From Steroidobacteraceae bacterium (GTDB taxonomy: Bacteria; Pseudomonadota; Gammaproteobacteria; Steroidobacterales; Steroidobacteraceae): a stretch of 64,000 nucleotides of DNA. The notes beneath the pieces were generated by a model. It was not told the DNA's origin. It made no database searches and saw only the letters and a program-made list of their open reading frames with translations. A program made the position numbers and the translations under genes. Of the stretch, positions 1 to 10,574 are shown in pieces. The DNA is taken from the NCBI GenBank assembly GCA_035542375.1, contig DATKLO010000101.1, forward strand, positions 1,209 to 65,208. Direction: 5' to 3'. Each line of letters starts with the position of its first letter. Positions within the stretch are counted from its first letter, which is position 1.

Positions 1-2991
1 CATGGCCAGCGCGGTCATGATGACCGGACGGAAGCGTGTGAAGCCGGCATCGTGCGCGGCCTGCACGGCGCTGGCGCCCTCATTCATGCGGTCGCGCGCG
101 AAACTCACGACCAGGATGCTGTTCGCGGTGGCGACTCCCATGCACATGATGGCGCCGGTCAGCGCGGGCACGCTCAGGGTGGTGCCCGTGATCAGGAGAA
201 TCCAGGCGATGCCGGCGATGGCGGCCGGGAGAGCGGTGATGATGATGAAGGGGTCGAGCCACGACTGGAAGTTGATCACGATCAGCAGGTAGACCAGCAC
301 GATGGCGCCGATGAAACCGATGGCCAGTCCGCTGTAGGACGCGGCCATGGTCTGCACCTGGCCGCGCACCACGATGTGCGTGCCCTTGGGCAGCTTGCCC
401 TCCAGAGCCTTGATCTGGGTGTCGATGTCGCGATGGATGGCACCCAGATCGCGGTCCTGTGCGGCACCGAAGATGTCGATGATGAGCTGCGCGTCGTAAC
501 GTGACACGATGGCCGGTCCGAAGCCACGCGTGATGGTGGCGAGCCCGCCGAGAATCTGCGGCTGACCCGTGGTGCTCACCGGCAGGTTTTCCAGATCCTG
601 CAGCGTGGTCATGCGGTACTGCGGCGCCTGGGTGATCAGCGGATATTGCAGGCCCGTCTGCGGATTCAGCCAGAATGTCGGCGCGATCTGCCCGCTGCCC
701 GAAAGAGTCAGGAGCAGGTCGTTGGCGATGTCGTGCTGACTGATGCCGAGCTGCTGCGCGCGACTGCGGTCGGTGACGACGTGCAGCTCAGGCTGGTTCA
801 CCTGCTGCTGGATGCGCAGGTCCACCAGGCCCGGCACGTGCCGCAGCGAACCCAGGAGTTGATCGGCGATGTCCCGGTTGCGCGGACTCGGGCCCACGAT
901 CTGGATGTCGATCGGCGCGGGCACGCCAAAGTTCAGGATCTGACTGACGATGTCCGCCGGCAGGAAGCTGAAGGTCACGCCCGGAAACTGCAATGGCAGC
1001 TGTTCGCGCAGTGTCCGCACGAAACCGCCGGTGGCTGCGTGTTCCCCGGTCAACGACACGAGGATGTCCGCATCGCTGCTTCCCACGGTGCCGGAGTTGC
1101 CGTAAGTCAGATTGATGCTGGAGACCGGCAGGCCGACGTTGTCCACCATGCTGGCGATCTGACGCGGCGGAATGACTTCACGCATGGCCGCCTCGACATG
1201 ATCCACGAGCGCCGCGGTCTCCTCGACGCGCAATCCCGTGGGTCCGCGCACGTGCAGCTTGATCTGTCCCGCGTCCACTTCGGGGAAGAAGTTCCGGCCC
1301 AGGAACGGATACAGGAGCATCGAGCCGAAAGCCACCGCGAGAAACGCCGCCATGAAGGCGCCCCGGTGATGCAGCAGCGTGGTCAGGATCGCCTGATAGC
1401 GGTCGCGGATGATCTCGAAGCGTTTCTCGAACCGCAGCTGGAAGCGACGCAACGGACCGGCGCTGGCGGCCAGGGCGCGCTCCTGCTCGGCGGTGCGCAG
1501 CCAGTATTTGCACAGCGTCGGGACCAGCGTTCGCGACAGCACATAGGACGTCAGCATCGCGAACACGACAGCCTCGGCCAGGGGCACGAACAGATACCGC
1601 GCCACGCCCGACAGCAGGAACATGGGTATGAAAACGATACAGATGGAGAGCGTGGACACCAGCGCCGGAACGGTGATCTGGCGCGAGCCCTCCAGGATGG
1701 CGGGCTCGACGGCCTCACCTTCTTCCAGATGGCGATTGATGTTCTCGATGGTGACCGTGGCGTCGTCGACGAGGATACCGACCGCGAGCGCCAAGCCACC
1801 GAGAGTCATCAGGTTGATGGTCTCCCCCAGCGCATCGAGCATGATGATGGAGGCGAGGATGGAGAGCGGTATGGAGATGGTGATGATGAGTGTGCTGCGC
1901 CAGCTCCCCAGGAACAGGAGCACCATCAGTGCAGTCAGCGCGGCGGCGATGACCCCCTCCATGACGACACCCTTGACGGCGCCACGCACGAACACGGACT
2001 GGTCGCCCGTGGCAGCAACCGAGGCACCGTCGGGAAGCAGCTCACGCACCCGCGACAGGCGCGCCTTGATCTCATTGACGATGCTGAGAGTCGAAGCCGA
2101 GCCGGTCTTCTGGATGCTCATCAATACAGCGCGCTGCCCGTCCACCCGCACGATGTTGGTCTGGGGTGGATGTCCGTCGTGCACGAAGGCGACATCGCGC
2201 ACATAAGTCACGGCACCCGCGCCGTTCTGGCTGCGGATCGGCAGGTCGTTGATGTCCTCGACCCTGATCGGGCTGGCGTTGAGCTTGACGTTGTATTCGC
2301 GGTCGCCGATCTTCTGGGTGCCCGCCGGCACGATCAGGTTCTGGTTGGCGATCGCATTGTTGACATCACTGGCCGTCAGGCCCTGGGCGCGCAGCGCCTC
2401 GGGCTTGAGGTCGATCTGGATCTGGCGCGTCGCGCCACCGTACGGATAGGGGATGGAGGCCCCGGCGATGGTCGCCACCTGCGCGCGCACCACCTGGTTG
2501 GCGAAATCGAACAGCTGCGCCTCGGTGTGCCGGTTGCTCGAGAGGGCCAGCTGGATGATGGGCACGCTCGAGGCGTTGTACTTCAGGACCAGCGGGGGCT
2601 GCGCGCCCGGCGGCATGAACTTGAGGGACAGCTGCCCGAAGGCCGTGCACTGCGCCATGGCCAGGTTGATGTCCACGCCCGGCTGGAAGAACAGCTTGAT
2701 GACCGCGTAGCCGGGATAGGTCTGCGACTCGACGTGCTCGATGTCGTTGACCAGGGTCGTGGCATAGCGCTCGATCTGGCCCGTGATGCGCCCGGACATC
2801 TCATCCGGCGGCATGCCCGAATACTGGTACGTGATCGCGATGATCGGAATGCGGATGTCCGGAAAGATGTCGGTGGGCATCCCCTTCTGCAGGGGCGTGC
2901 CGAGGATGACCAGCAGTCCGATCAGGGGCAGCAGCAGCGCGAGAACGATGAAGGTATAGGGGCGCCGCAGCGCCACCTCGACGATCCACAT
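1..2991 (-). CDS. RND efflux transporter permease (AcrB/AcrD/AcrF family); 3' end lies beyond the left edge
   Basis: Absent from the ORF track because it has no stop in the window. My reverse-strand translation from the ATG (complement of 2989-2991) reads MWIVEVALRRPYTFIVLALLLPLIG...GGLALAVGILVDDATVTIENI...FRPVIMTALAM with no stop down to position 1. It has typical RND length, TM pattern and conserved motifs. Confidence 0.9.
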   Translation of the reverse strand, partial: MWIVEVALRRPYTFIVLALLLPLIGLLVILGTPLQKGMPTDIFPDIRIPIIAITYQYSGMPPDEMSGRITGQIERYATTLVNDIEHVESQTYPGYAVIKLFFQPGVDINLAMAQCTAFGQLSLKFMPPGAQPPLVLKYNASSVPIIQLALSSNRHTEAQLFDFANQVVRAQVATIAGASIPYPYGGATRQIQIDLKPEALRAQGLTASDVNNAIANQNLIVPAGTQKIGDREYNVKLNASPIRVEDINDLPIRSQNGAGAVTYVRDVAFVHDGHPPQTNIVRVDGQRAVLMSIQKTGSASTLSIVNEIKARLSRVRELLPDGASVAATGDQSVFVRGAVKGVVMEGVIAAALTALMVLLFLGSWRSTLIITISIPLSILASIIMLDALGETINLMTLGGLALAVGILVDDATVTIENINRHLEEGEAVEPAILEGSRQITVPALVSTLSICIVFIPMFLLSGVARYLFVPLAEAVVFAMLTSYVLSRTLVPTLCKYWLRTAEQERALAASAGPLRRFQLRFEKRFEIIRDRYQAILTTLLHHRGAFMAAFLAVAFGSMLLYPFLGRNFFPEVDAGQIKLHVRGPTGLRVEETAALVDHVEAAMREVIPPRQIASMVDNVGLPVSSINLTYGNSGTVGSSDADILVSLTGEHAATGGFVRTLREQLPLQFPGVTFSFLPADIVSQILNFGVPAPIDIQIVGPSPRNRDIADQLLGSLRHVPGLVDLRIQQQVNQPELHVVTDRSRAQQLGISQHDIANDLLLTLSGSGQIAPTFWLNPQTGLQYPLITQAPQYRMTTLQDLENLPVSTTGQPQILGGLATITRGFGPAIVSRYDAQLIIDIFGAAQDRDLGAIHRDIDTQIKALEGKLPKGTHIVVRGQVQTMAASYSGLAIGFIGAIVLVYLLIVINFQSWLDPFIIITALPAAIAGIAWILLITGTTLSVPALTGAIMCMGVATANSILVVSFARDRMNEGASAVQAAHDAGFTRFRPVIMTALAM

Positions 2992-3046
2992 GAGCGGAGG
3001 ATTCCCTGGAACCTGAGCTGGGAGCGGGACACGACCCGCAGCTCTC

Positions 3047-3060
3047 GATTATCGATAATC
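3047..3060. promoter_or_regulatory. Perfect 14-bp palindrome GATTATCGATAATC, about 55 nt upstream of the RND start
   Basis: The sequence equals its own reverse complement. It shares GATTA/TAATC half-sites with the palindrome at 3206-3222. Confidence 0.4.
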
Positions 3061-3205
3061 CATCGCTGCCCGCAACCTGTCAAAAGGGAGAGATCCCGGC
3101 GCCGCCAGCCAGGATCTGCGGCGGCGGCGCCCGCGGGCGCGCCACAACCCCCGGAAGTGCAAAGAAGAGTCCGCTGCCGGTTGAACCTGCTGGCTCTGTC
3201 GGGGT

Positions 3206-3222
3206 CGATTACAATGTAATCG
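3206..3222. promoter_or_regulatory. Perfect 8-1-8 palindrome CGATTACA-A-TGTAATCG, upstream of the BI-1-like gene
   Basis: Read directly. It has the same GATTA...TAATC half-sites as 3047-3060 and lies in the 326-nt divergent intergenic region. Confidence 0.4.
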
Positions 3223-3317
3223 GGAGGCTCGGCGGCAGCCGCTGCCTTCAGCCACGGCGGCCGCCGCCCACAGCTGGCACCGAAGCTTACAGTCCTAATG
3301 GAATCAAGGAGATAGAG

Positions 3318-4070
3318 ATGCCTCTGCCCGTCAGGTCCGGCAACCCCGGGTTGAACGACCGGACCTTCTCGAGCCAGCCGCGCGCCCTCGGTGCCGAAGC
3401 CATGACGCTTCAGGGTGCAGTGAACAAGTCGTTCCTGCTGCTCGTGGTGCTGCTGGCGGGCGCGCTCTGGCCGTGGTCCCAGTACATGTCCACGGGCGAT
3501 CCGGCCGTGGTGGGACCGTCGGTGCTGATCGGGCTGATCGGCGGACTCGCACTGGGCCTGGTCATCAGCTTCAAGGCCACTCTGGCGCCCTACCTGGCCG
3601 TGCCGTATGCGGCCCTGGAGGGACTGGCCATCGGGGGTATCTCCGCGGTGCTCGAGCGCCGCTATCCGGGCATCGCCATCCAGGCGGTCGGGCTGACCTT
3701 CGGCGTGCTCGCGGTGCTGCTCGTTGCCTACTCGACGCGCCTGATCCGCGCCACGGAACGGTTCCGCTCCATCGTCATCGGCGCGACGGGCGCCATCGCG
3801 CTCGTGTATCTCGTTTCGCTCGTGCTCGGCTTCTTCCATGTGTCGGTGCCGGTCCTGAACGATGCGACACCGCTGGGAATCATCGTCTCGCTGGCCGTGT
3901 GCGGCGTGGCGGCACTGAATCTCGTGCTGGACTTCGACCTGATCGAGTCGGGCGTGGCACAGGGCGCGCCGCGCTACATGGAGTGGTATGCCGCCTTCGG
4001 GCTGCTGGTCACCCTGGTGTGGCTGTACATGGAAATCCTGCGCCTGCTGAGCAAGATCCGGCGTCAGTAG
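3318..4070 (+). CDS. Bax inhibitor-1/YccA-like integral membrane protein
   Basis: 250 aa with an N-terminal SGNPGL motif followed by about 7 hydrophobic helices, typical of the BI-1-like family. Confidence 0.75.
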   Translation: MPLPVRSGNPGLNDRTFSSQPRALGAEAMTLQGAVNKSFLLLVVLLAGALWPWSQYMSTGDPAVVGPSVLIGLIGGLALGLVISFKATLAPYLAVPYAALEGLAIGGISAVLERRYPGIAIQAVGLTFGVLAVLLVAYSTRLIRATERFRSIVIGATGAIALVYLVSLVLGFFHVSVPVLNDATPLGIIVSLAVCGVAALNLVLDFDLIESGVAQGAPRYMEWYAAFGLLVTLVWLYMEILRLLSKIRRQ

Positions 4071-4540
4071 CCACGCAGCGGCCGGTCCATCAGCTCGAAT
4101 CCCGCGCGCTCGATATAGCCGCGGCGCCGGTAGAACTCGCGGGCGGCGGTGTTCTGCCGCCCGAGTTGCAACTGCAACCTCACGCAGCCCTCGTTCGCCA
4201 GTTCGCGTTCGGCCGCATCGAGCAGCGCCGCCCCTACTCCACGCGAGCGTGCTGACTCACGCACGAAGAACTCGTCGATCTCGGCCATCAACCCCTGATG
4301 CTCGAGACTGAACATGCGCACGGCGATCAGATAACCGAGCGCGACGCTCTGCTGGCTCGCCAGCCAGACTGCACCCAGGGGCGCCGGCTCTCCGGCCGGC
4401 GGCAGCAATCGAGCCAGAAGTAGCTGGATGCGCGCCGCATCGAAGCCCTCGATCCCCTCGAACGCCCAGTACTCACCGACGAGCGGCACGAGGTGCGCGA
4501 TGTCAAAGGAGTCAGCGCGGCGCACCAGCAGCGGATTCAC
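4064..4540 (-). CDS. GNAT family N-acetyltransferase
   Basis: The C-terminal 158 aa of track ORF 4064..4819 carry the acetyl-CoA motif (RSRGVGAALL...REFYRRRGY). The GTG start at 4540 overlaps the upstream peptidase stop (GTGA). The longer ATG-start version would overlap the peptidase gene. Confidence 0.75.
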   Translation of the reverse strand: MNPLLVRRADSFDIAHLVPLVGEYWAFEGIEGFDAARIQLLLARLLPPAGEPAPLGAVWLASQQSVALGYLIAVRMFSLEHQGLMAEIDEFFVRESARSRGVGAALLDAAERELANEGCVRLQLQLGRQNTAAREFYRRRGYIERAGFELMDRPLRGY

Positions 4541-6600
4541 TGGCCCGGCTGCCCCTGCACATGGCGGCCATACCAGCCGGCGATCCGCTCGGCACGATCC
4601 TTGAGGAAGCTGGGGCGCGTCAGCGTGTGATACTGGCCGGGGTAGACGATCAGCTGCGCCGGAACACCCAGGGTCTTCAGTGCCTGATACATCTGCTCGC
4701 CACCGCCGATCGGTACGTTGAAATCCTTGTCGCCGCCCATGAACAGGGTCGGCGTGCGGATCCGGTCCGCATGCAGGAACGGATACGCCAGCTTCAGATA
4801 CACCGCGCTGTTCTGCCACGGTGCACCCAACTCGTGCACGTACTGGATGCTGTATTCGTCGGTGCCGTAACTGGCGAGCGGGTTCGCCATGCCGGCACCG
4901 CTGACCGCCGCCTTGAAGCGCGGCGTGGTGGCGATCATGTAGTCGGTGAGGATCCCGCCGTAGCTCCAGCCGCCGATGCCCAGGCGCGCCGGATCCGCCA
5001 GGCCACGCGCGATCAGGTCATCCACTCCGGCGGTCAGGTCCTGCACTTCCTTGTGGCCCCAGTCCGCGAAGATGGCGCGCGAGAAGGCCTCGCCACGACC
5101 ACTGCTGCCGCGATAGTTGATGCCGAAGGCCACGACGCCCTGCGCCGCCAGCAGCTGGCGCTTGAACTGGTAGTCGTCGAAGGCGAAGGAGTGCTGATCC
5201 TGCAGGTCCGGTCCCCCGTGGATCCAGAGCACCGCCGGATATTGGCGGCCGGGTGTGTAGCCGGGCGGCTTGACCAGCAGGCCGTGGATCGCCGTGCCGT
5301 CACGACTTCGGAAGCGCATGTCCTGCACTTCCCCCAGCTGCAGTTCGGCCATCAGCGCATCGGTGTGGTGAGTCAGCTTGCGCAGCGATCCCCCCTCGAG
5401 CGCGAACAGCTCCACGGGCGAGCGGTCATCGGAGTAGAGAAGCGCCGTGTGCCCTCCTGCCTCGACCACATCCGAGACCACGAAGTCACCACCAGCCAGC
5501 TTCGTCACGGCGCCGTTGCGCAGTTCGACTCGCGCGGGATAGACGATTCCGTCGTCTTCGATCGTCGCTGTCAGCGAGCCATCCGTGGCGAATACACTTG
5601 AAGTGACTGCCCGATCGAGCGTCGGCGTTACCGGGCGGGGGGCGCCGCCGGCGACCCCCACGAGAACCAGCTTGTCTTGAATGTATTGGCTGTACTTGGG
5701 CTCAAGACCCTGTCGGAACAGGATCTGCTTGCCGTCAGCCGTCCACATGAGCTTCTGCTGGTTGGGAACATAGACGCGCAACACGCGGCTCGGTGCGGAG
5801 CCCGGCTGCGCATCGATGACTTCGATGTCCTGCATGCCATCGACATCGGTTCCGCGCTCACGGGTCCGGACGAAGGCGATGCGATGGCCGTCGGCAGACC
5901 AGGCCGGCAGATCGTCGTTGAAGGCCGCATCGCTCGTGAGAGACTCGAGCTTGCGGGTCTCGACATCGAAGAGAAACAGATGCCGCGCGCGCCCCACTCC
6001 CAGGTAGCCGTCCTTGTCTTCCTTGAAATGCATGGCCTCTATTACGATGGGTTTTGGACTGGCGTCCTTGCCTGAATCGGCGCCACCCCTGGCCGCATCG
6101 GCGCCGCCGGACTGTTTCGCGACGTCGGTCGGGGCCTGCTCCATCACGAGGACCAGCCGCTTGCCATCGGGCGACCACTCATAACTCTCGATGTCGCCGC
6201 TGACATGGGTCAGTGTCCGGGCCTCGCCGCCGCGGCGGTCCAGCAACAGGATCTGGTCCTTGTCGGCACCGGCGGGCAGCGACAGGAACGACAGATAGCG
6301 GCCATCGCCGCTCCAGCGCGGTGCCGCGGTATCGTGCGCGGGATTCGTCAGCGGGATCTGCTGCCGCCCGTCCCAGCTGACCATCCAGACGGCCGTGCGC
6401 GTTTCATCCGCATCGCGGTCGTTGGTCGTCACCAGGTAGGCAACCCACTGGCCATCGGGCGACACCTGGGGATCGCTTACCGTCTGCATCTGGTAGAAAT
6501 CATCGGGAGTCAGAGTGCGGCGGGCCGCCTCCGCGGCCGCGGCGCCCTGCGCCAGGCCATACATCCACAGACCAGCGAGGAAGCCGGCAGCTCTCTTCAT
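4537..6600 (-). CDS. S9 family peptidase (prolyl oligopeptidase/acylaminoacyl-peptidase type), secreted, with an N-terminal beta-propeller
   Basis: GGWSYGG nucleophile elbow with downstream D and H. TolB-like propeller repeats are present. I prefer the start at MKRAAGFLAGLWMYGLAQGAAA (signal peptide) over the track start at 6654. Confidence 0.9.
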   Translation of the reverse strand: MKRAAGFLAGLWMYGLAQGAAAAEAARRTLTPDDFYQMQTVSDPQVSPDGQWVAYLVTTNDRDADETRTAVWMVSWDGRQQIPLTNPAHDTAAPRWSGDGRYLSFLSLPAGADKDQILLLDRRGGEARTLTHVSGDIESYEWSPDGKRLVLVMEQAPTDVAKQSGGADAARGGADSGKDASPKPIVIEAMHFKEDKDGYLGVGRARHLFLFDVETRKLESLTSDAAFNDDLPAWSADGHRIAFVRTRERGTDVDGMQDIEVIDAQPGSAPSRVLRVYVPNQQKLMWTADGKQILFRQGLEPKYSQYIQDKLVLVGVAGGAPRPVTPTLDRAVTSSVFATDGSLTATIEDDGIVYPARVELRNGAVTKLAGGDFVVSDVVEAGGHTALLYSDDRSPVELFALEGGSLRKLTHHTDALMAELQLGEVQDMRFRSRDGTAIHGLLVKPPGYTPGRQYPAVLWIHGGPDLQDQHSFAFDDYQFKRQLLAAQGVVAFGINYRGSSGRGEAFSRAIFADWGHKEVQDLTAGVDDLIARGLADPARLGIGGWSYGGILTDYMIATTPRFKAAVSGAGMANPLASYGTDEYSIQYVHELGAPWQNSAVYLKLAYPFLHADRIRTPTLFMGGDKDFNVPIGGGEQMYQALKTLGVPAQLIVYPGQYHTLTRPSFLKDRAERIAGWYGRHVQGQPGQ

Positions 6601-6771
6601 GTCACGAATACCTTGAGTGAATGATGAATGGGACGAGGTAGGGCCCGAATCCACCCTGGCGGACGCGGCCGGACCTGCGGGATTGCGGTTTTTCGCGATC
6701 GTACACGCGGGTCACGCGCGCGTACACATCCGAGCGGGCGGCCCGCCCCGTGCCTCCGTTAAGATGCGCGC

Positions 6772-7767
6772 ATGATTCCTTTTTCCGTGCTCGACCTGTC
6801 ACCCGTCACGGCAGGTGGCAGCGTCGCGCAATCGTTGCGCAATACGCTGGACCTGGCGCGTCATGCCGAAGAGTGGGGCTACCGCCGTTACTGGCTGGCA
6901 GAGCATCACGGCATGCCCGGTATCGCCAGCGCCGCCACGGCGGTCGTGATCGGCCACGTCGCTGCCGGAACGACGCGTATCCGCGTGGGTGCCGGGGGCA
7001 TCATGCTGCCCAATCACTCACCACTGGTGGTCGCCGAGCAGTTCGGCACACTGGAAGCCCTGTTCCCGGGACGCATCGACCTCGGATTGGGTCGCGCGCC
7101 CGGTTCCGACCAGATCACGGCACGCGCGCTGCGACGCAATCTGGCCACCGACCCTGATGAATTCCCGCGCGATGTGCTGGAGCTGATGGGCTACCTTGCG
7201 CCCTCGCCACCTCCCAACCAGATCACGGCGATCCCGGGTGTGGGTTCGGACGTACCGTTGTGGATTCTCGGCTCCAGTCTGTTCGGTGCGCATGTGGCCG
7301 CCGCCCTGGGCCTGCCGTTCGCCTTCGCCTCACATTTCGCGCCGGCCATGTTGTCCGAGGCCATCGACGTGTATCGGCGCGGATTTCGACCCGGACGCCT
7401 GCCGCAGCCCTATTTGATGTTGGGATTCAACATCTTCGCGGCGGATAGCGACGACGAAGCACACCTGTTGGCGAGTTCCGCTCAGCAGGCTTTCGTCAAT
7501 CTGCGCAGTGGGCGTCCCGGGCAATTACCCCCGCCACTGAAGGATTACGAAAGCCAGCTTCATCCGCAGGCACGCGCGATGCTCGCGGATGTACTCGCCT
7601 GTTCGGCCATCGGGTCGGAAGCCACCGTGCGCGCGCGCGTCGCCGATTTCATCGCGCGCACGCGGCCGGATGAACTGATGATCACCTCGCAGATCTTCAG
7701 CCACGAGGCGCGGCTGAGCTCCTACCGGATCGCAGCCGCCGTACGGGACAGTCTTCAGTCCGCATGA
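6772..7767 (+). CDS. LLM-class (luciferase-like) flavin-dependent oxidoreductase
   Basis: [12 protein letters not shown]...[15 protein letters not shown]...[39 protein letters not shown] is the hallmark of the YhbW-like LLM family. Confidence 0.9.
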   Translation: MIPFSVLDLSPVTAGGSVAQSLRNTLDLARHAEEWGYRRYWLAEHHGMPGIASAATAVVIGHVAAGTTRIRVGAGGIMLPNHSPLVVAEQFGTLEALFPGRIDLGLGRAPGSDQITARALRRNLATDPDEFPRDVLELMGYLAPSPPPNQITAIPGVGSDVPLWILGSSLFGAHVAAALGLPFAFASHFAPAMLSEAIDVYRRGFRPGRLPQPYLMLGFNIFAADSDDEAHLLASSAQQAFVNLRSGRPGQLPPPLKDYESQLHPQARAMLADVLACSAIGSEATVRARVADFIARTRPDELMITSQIFSHEARLSSYRIAAAVRDSLQSA

Positions 7768-8906
7768 CCCCGAGGAACTCCATGATCTGCACAACGGACT
7801 CTCTGCGCCTGTTACGCACGCTGGCCCTGGTCGGTCTGCTCGCCGTAGAGGCAACCTCGGCGTGGGCAGACGATCATGAACCGATTCAGCACGAGTTCCT
7901 CATCCGCCAGTTCCATACGGAAAGCGGTGCGGTGCTGCCTGAGGCGCACATCATCTATGGAACCTATGGGCATCTGAATGCCGCGGGTGACAACGCTGTG
8001 CTGTTGCCGTCGCATTACATGGCTGACATGCACGGCTACGAATGGCTCATCGGTCCCGGCAAGGCACTGGATCCCCAGCAGCTGTTCCTGGTCACCAGCG
8101 AACTGTTCGGCAACGGCCGGTCCTCCTCGCCCAGCAATACCCCGGAGCCTTTCCACGGACCGCGCTTTCCCGTGATGACCATCCGCGACAATGTGGAAGC
8201 GGTGCACCGGCTGCTGACTGAGCAACTGCACGTGCGTCACCTGCGTGCCGTGATCGGCTTTTCGATGGGCGCGCAGCAAGCGTTCCAGTGGTCGGTGAGC
8301 TACCCGGACTTCATGGACCGGATCGTGGCGACGGCCGGGACCGCCAGGACCTACGGCCACGGTTATGTGCGGCTGGAAGGTCAGATCGCAGCTCTGACCG
8401 CGGATCCGACCTTCAACGGCGGTGACTACGACAAGCCGCCCGAGAAGGGTCTGCAGGCTTTTGGCATGGTGTGGGCAGGATGGCTGTTCTCGCAGGAGTG
8501 GTGGCGACGCGAGCTGTGGCGCGGCGGACCGTTCGGCGACAACTTCAACGCGGTGGTGGAGCATTTTCGCACCAGCTTCATTCCCGGTGCGGATGCCAAC
8601 AACCTGATCCTGCAGGTCCGTTCCTGGGAGAGCAACGACGTCGGCAACACCGGAGCGTTTCATGGCGACACCGAGGCTGCGCTGCGTTCGATCAAGGCGC
8701 GCGTGCTCTACATGCCGTCGGAAACGGATCTGTATTTTCCCGTGACCGATGCCCGCTACGAGGCGGCGTTCATTCCGCACTGTCAGCTCGCCATCATTCC
8801 TTCGATCTGGGGCCATCCGGCCGGTGCCGGCGCCTCGCCGGACGATGCCCGGTTCCTCAACGAGCACATCGCGGCTTTCATGCAGGACGGGACCAGGACC
8901 CACTGA
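7764..8906 (+). CDS. Alpha/beta hydrolase of the homoserine O-acetyltransferase (MetX-like) family, with a signal peptide
   Basis: [10 protein letters not shown] nucleophile elbow, MetX-like length and layout. ATGA overlap with the upstream gene. Confidence 0.75.
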   Translation: MTPRNSMICTTDSLRLLRTLALVGLLAVEATSAWADDHEPIQHEFLIRQFHTESGAVLPEAHIIYGTYGHLNAAGDNAVLLPSHYMADMHGYEWLIGPGKALDPQQLFLVTSELFGNGRSSSPSNTPEPFHGPRFPVMTIRDNVEAVHRLLTEQLHVRHLRAVIGFSMGAQQAFQWSVSYPDFMDRIVATAGTARTYGHGYVRLEGQIAALTADPTFNGGDYDKPPEKGLQAFGMVWAGWLFSQEWWRRELWRGGPFGDNFNAVVEHFRTSFIPGADANNLILQVRSWESNDVGNTGAFHGDTEAALRSIKARVLYMPSETDLYFPVTDARYEAAFIPHCQLAIIPSIWGHPAGAGASPDDARFLNEHIAAFMQDGTRTH

Positions 8907-8931
8907 GGCCGGGTCCCGAGGGAGACGGGTC

Positions 8932-9414
8932 ATGTGGAATCTGTCCTTGCCGTGGTGGGAATTCCTGCTGCGCGCGACGCTGGTATATGCCTTCCTGATC
9001 CTGATCCTGCGACTCACGGGAAAACGGCAGGTCGGCCAGCTGGCGCCTTTCGATCTGGTGCTGCTGCTCGTGCTGAGCAATGCGCTGCAGAACTCCATGA
9101 ACGGCGGCGACAACTCACTCCTCGGCGGCATGGTCTCGGCGCTGGCGCTGGTGCTGCTCAACTGGCTGGTGGGCTACCTGACGTTCCGCAGCAAGAAGCT
9201 GGCGCGGCTCGTGGAAGGCCGACCGCAGGTGCTGATCCACAACGGTCACGTCTATCGCGACGTGATGGAAAGGAATCAGCTCACCCAGTCCGAGCTGGAT
9301 GCCGCGCTGCGCCTGGCGGGTTGCGGCTGCGTCGCCGACGTCCACTTCGCGATACTCGAAAATAACGGGCAGATCAGCGTGCGCACGCACGCGCTTCCCC
9401 GGAACAGCTCGTGA
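8932..9414 (+). CDS. DUF421 (YetF/YdfR-like) membrane protein
   Basis: In frame within track ORF 8749..9414. MWNLSLPWWEFLLRATLVYAFLILILRLTGKRQVGQLAPFDLVLLL is the characteristic DUF421 N-terminus. Upstream of this ATG the frame overlaps the previous gene. Confidence 0.8.
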   Translation: MWNLSLPWWEFLLRATLVYAFLILILRLTGKRQVGQLAPFDLVLLLVLSNALQNSMNGGDNSLLGGMVSALALVLLNWLVGYLTFRSKKLARLVEGRPQVLIHNGHVYRDVMERNQLTQSELDAALRLAGCGCVADVHFAILENNGQISVRTHALPRNSS

Positions 9415-10574
9415 CCACCTCGCGCAACCTGCAGCTGTCCACGGTTGTCTGCTCGTTTCTCGGCGTCGGACTGGTCTTCGGTTTCCAGCCGCCGCTGATC
9501 GCGCTGGTCCTGACCCGGACCGGAGCCCCGAGTGTCGCAGTGGGCGCGGTCACCAGCGTGAGCACCATTGCCGTGATCATCTTCGGCACGGTGTATCCGC
9601 GGGTCATCGCCAGAATCGGTCTGAAGCGCTCGGTCCTGGCGGGCACGGCCATCGCAGTGATCATCCTTCTGCTCATGCCGGTTCTGGAGACGGTCCCGGC
9701 GTGGACGACGTTGCGATTCATCAACGGCTGCGCGCTCGGGCTGGCGTGGATCGCCAGCGAGGTCTGGCTCAACGCGCTCGCGACCGACGAATCACGCGGG
9801 CGCGTGATGGCTTTCTACGCTGTTGCGTTTGCCGCGGGAGTGATGGCTGGTCCGGCGCTGCTGCGATTCACAGGCACGGCCGGGTGGCTTCCGTTCGTGG
9901 TCGGTGCCGTAGCACTGGCCATCACCGCGGTGCCGCTGCTGTTCATCGGTGAGCCACCGGCGAGCGCGGACACGTATCACCGCGTGCGCCTGGTGCATCT
10001 CATCCGCACTGCTCCCATCATCATGCTGGCGGCCCTCATCGCCGGCCTGGTGGAATCGGCCGACGTGTCGTTGCTGCCTGTATACGGCCTGCACCAGGGA
10101 CTCGACGAGCGCGATGCCCTGCTGCTCGTAACCGTATTCCTGGCCGGCAATATCCTGTTGCAACTGCCTATCGGTTATCTGGCAGATCGACTTGGCCGCA
10201 GACTGGTACTGGGACTGTGTGCGGCGGTGAGTACGATTGGTCCCGTGTTACTGGCCGTCTCTCTGCGCACACCCTGGGCCCTGTGGCCGCTGCTGATAGT
10301 CTGGGGCGGCATGATGTATGCGTTCTATACTCAGGGCATCGCCATGCTCGGCGAGACGTTTCCTCCGCGCGAACTTGCTGACGCCAATGCGGCGTTCGTC
10401 ATGATCTATTGCGCTGGCGGTGTGATAGGGCCCACGGTGGGAGGCTTGGCGATGGACCTATGGAATCCCAACAGTCTGATCCTGTTCCTCAGTAGCGCGA
10501 CGTCCATACTTCTGGTCGCCCTGCTCCTGGAGTCTCGATTGACGGCACGCCTGCGCAGCTCGGAGAACGTATGA
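9411..10574 (+). CDS. MFS transporter
   Basis: 387 aa, about 12 TM helices, loop motif DRLGRR. GTGA overlap with the upstream gene. Confidence 0.85.
   Translation: MTTSRNLQLSTVVCSFLGVGLVFGFQPPLIALVLTRTGAPSVAVGAVTSVSTIAVIIFGTVYPRVIARIGLKRSVLAGTAIAVIILLLMPVLETVPAWTTLRFINGCALGLAWIASEVWLNALATDESRGRVMAFYAVAFAAGVMAGPALLRFTGTAGWLPFVVGAVALAITAVPLLFIGEPPASADTYHRVRLVHLIRTAPIIMLAALIAGLVESADVSLLPVYGLHQGLDERDALLLVTVFLAGNILLQLPIGYLADRLGRRLVLGLCAAVSTIGPVLLAVSLRTPWALWPLLIVWGGMMYAFYTQGIAMLGETFPPRELADANAAFVMIYCAGGVIGPTVGGLAMDLWNPNSLILFLSSATSILLVALLLESRLTARLRSSENV

Noticed and set aside
646-3219. The longest ORF at this locus in the track (857 aa, + strand)
   Set aside because: The translation is Arg/Asp/His/Gly-rich low complexity with no motifs. 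It is the antisense shadow of the RND pump gene, whose reverse-strand translation is a clean full-length RND sequence.
7812-9161. 449-aa - strand ORF; likewise 14820..16148 +, 18098..19330 +, 40747..42060 +, 47766..48740 - and 50878..51729 -
   Set aside because: All overlap well-supported genes on the opposite strand and translate to Arg/Gly/Ala/His-rich sequences without motifs. These are classic high-GC spurious ORFs.
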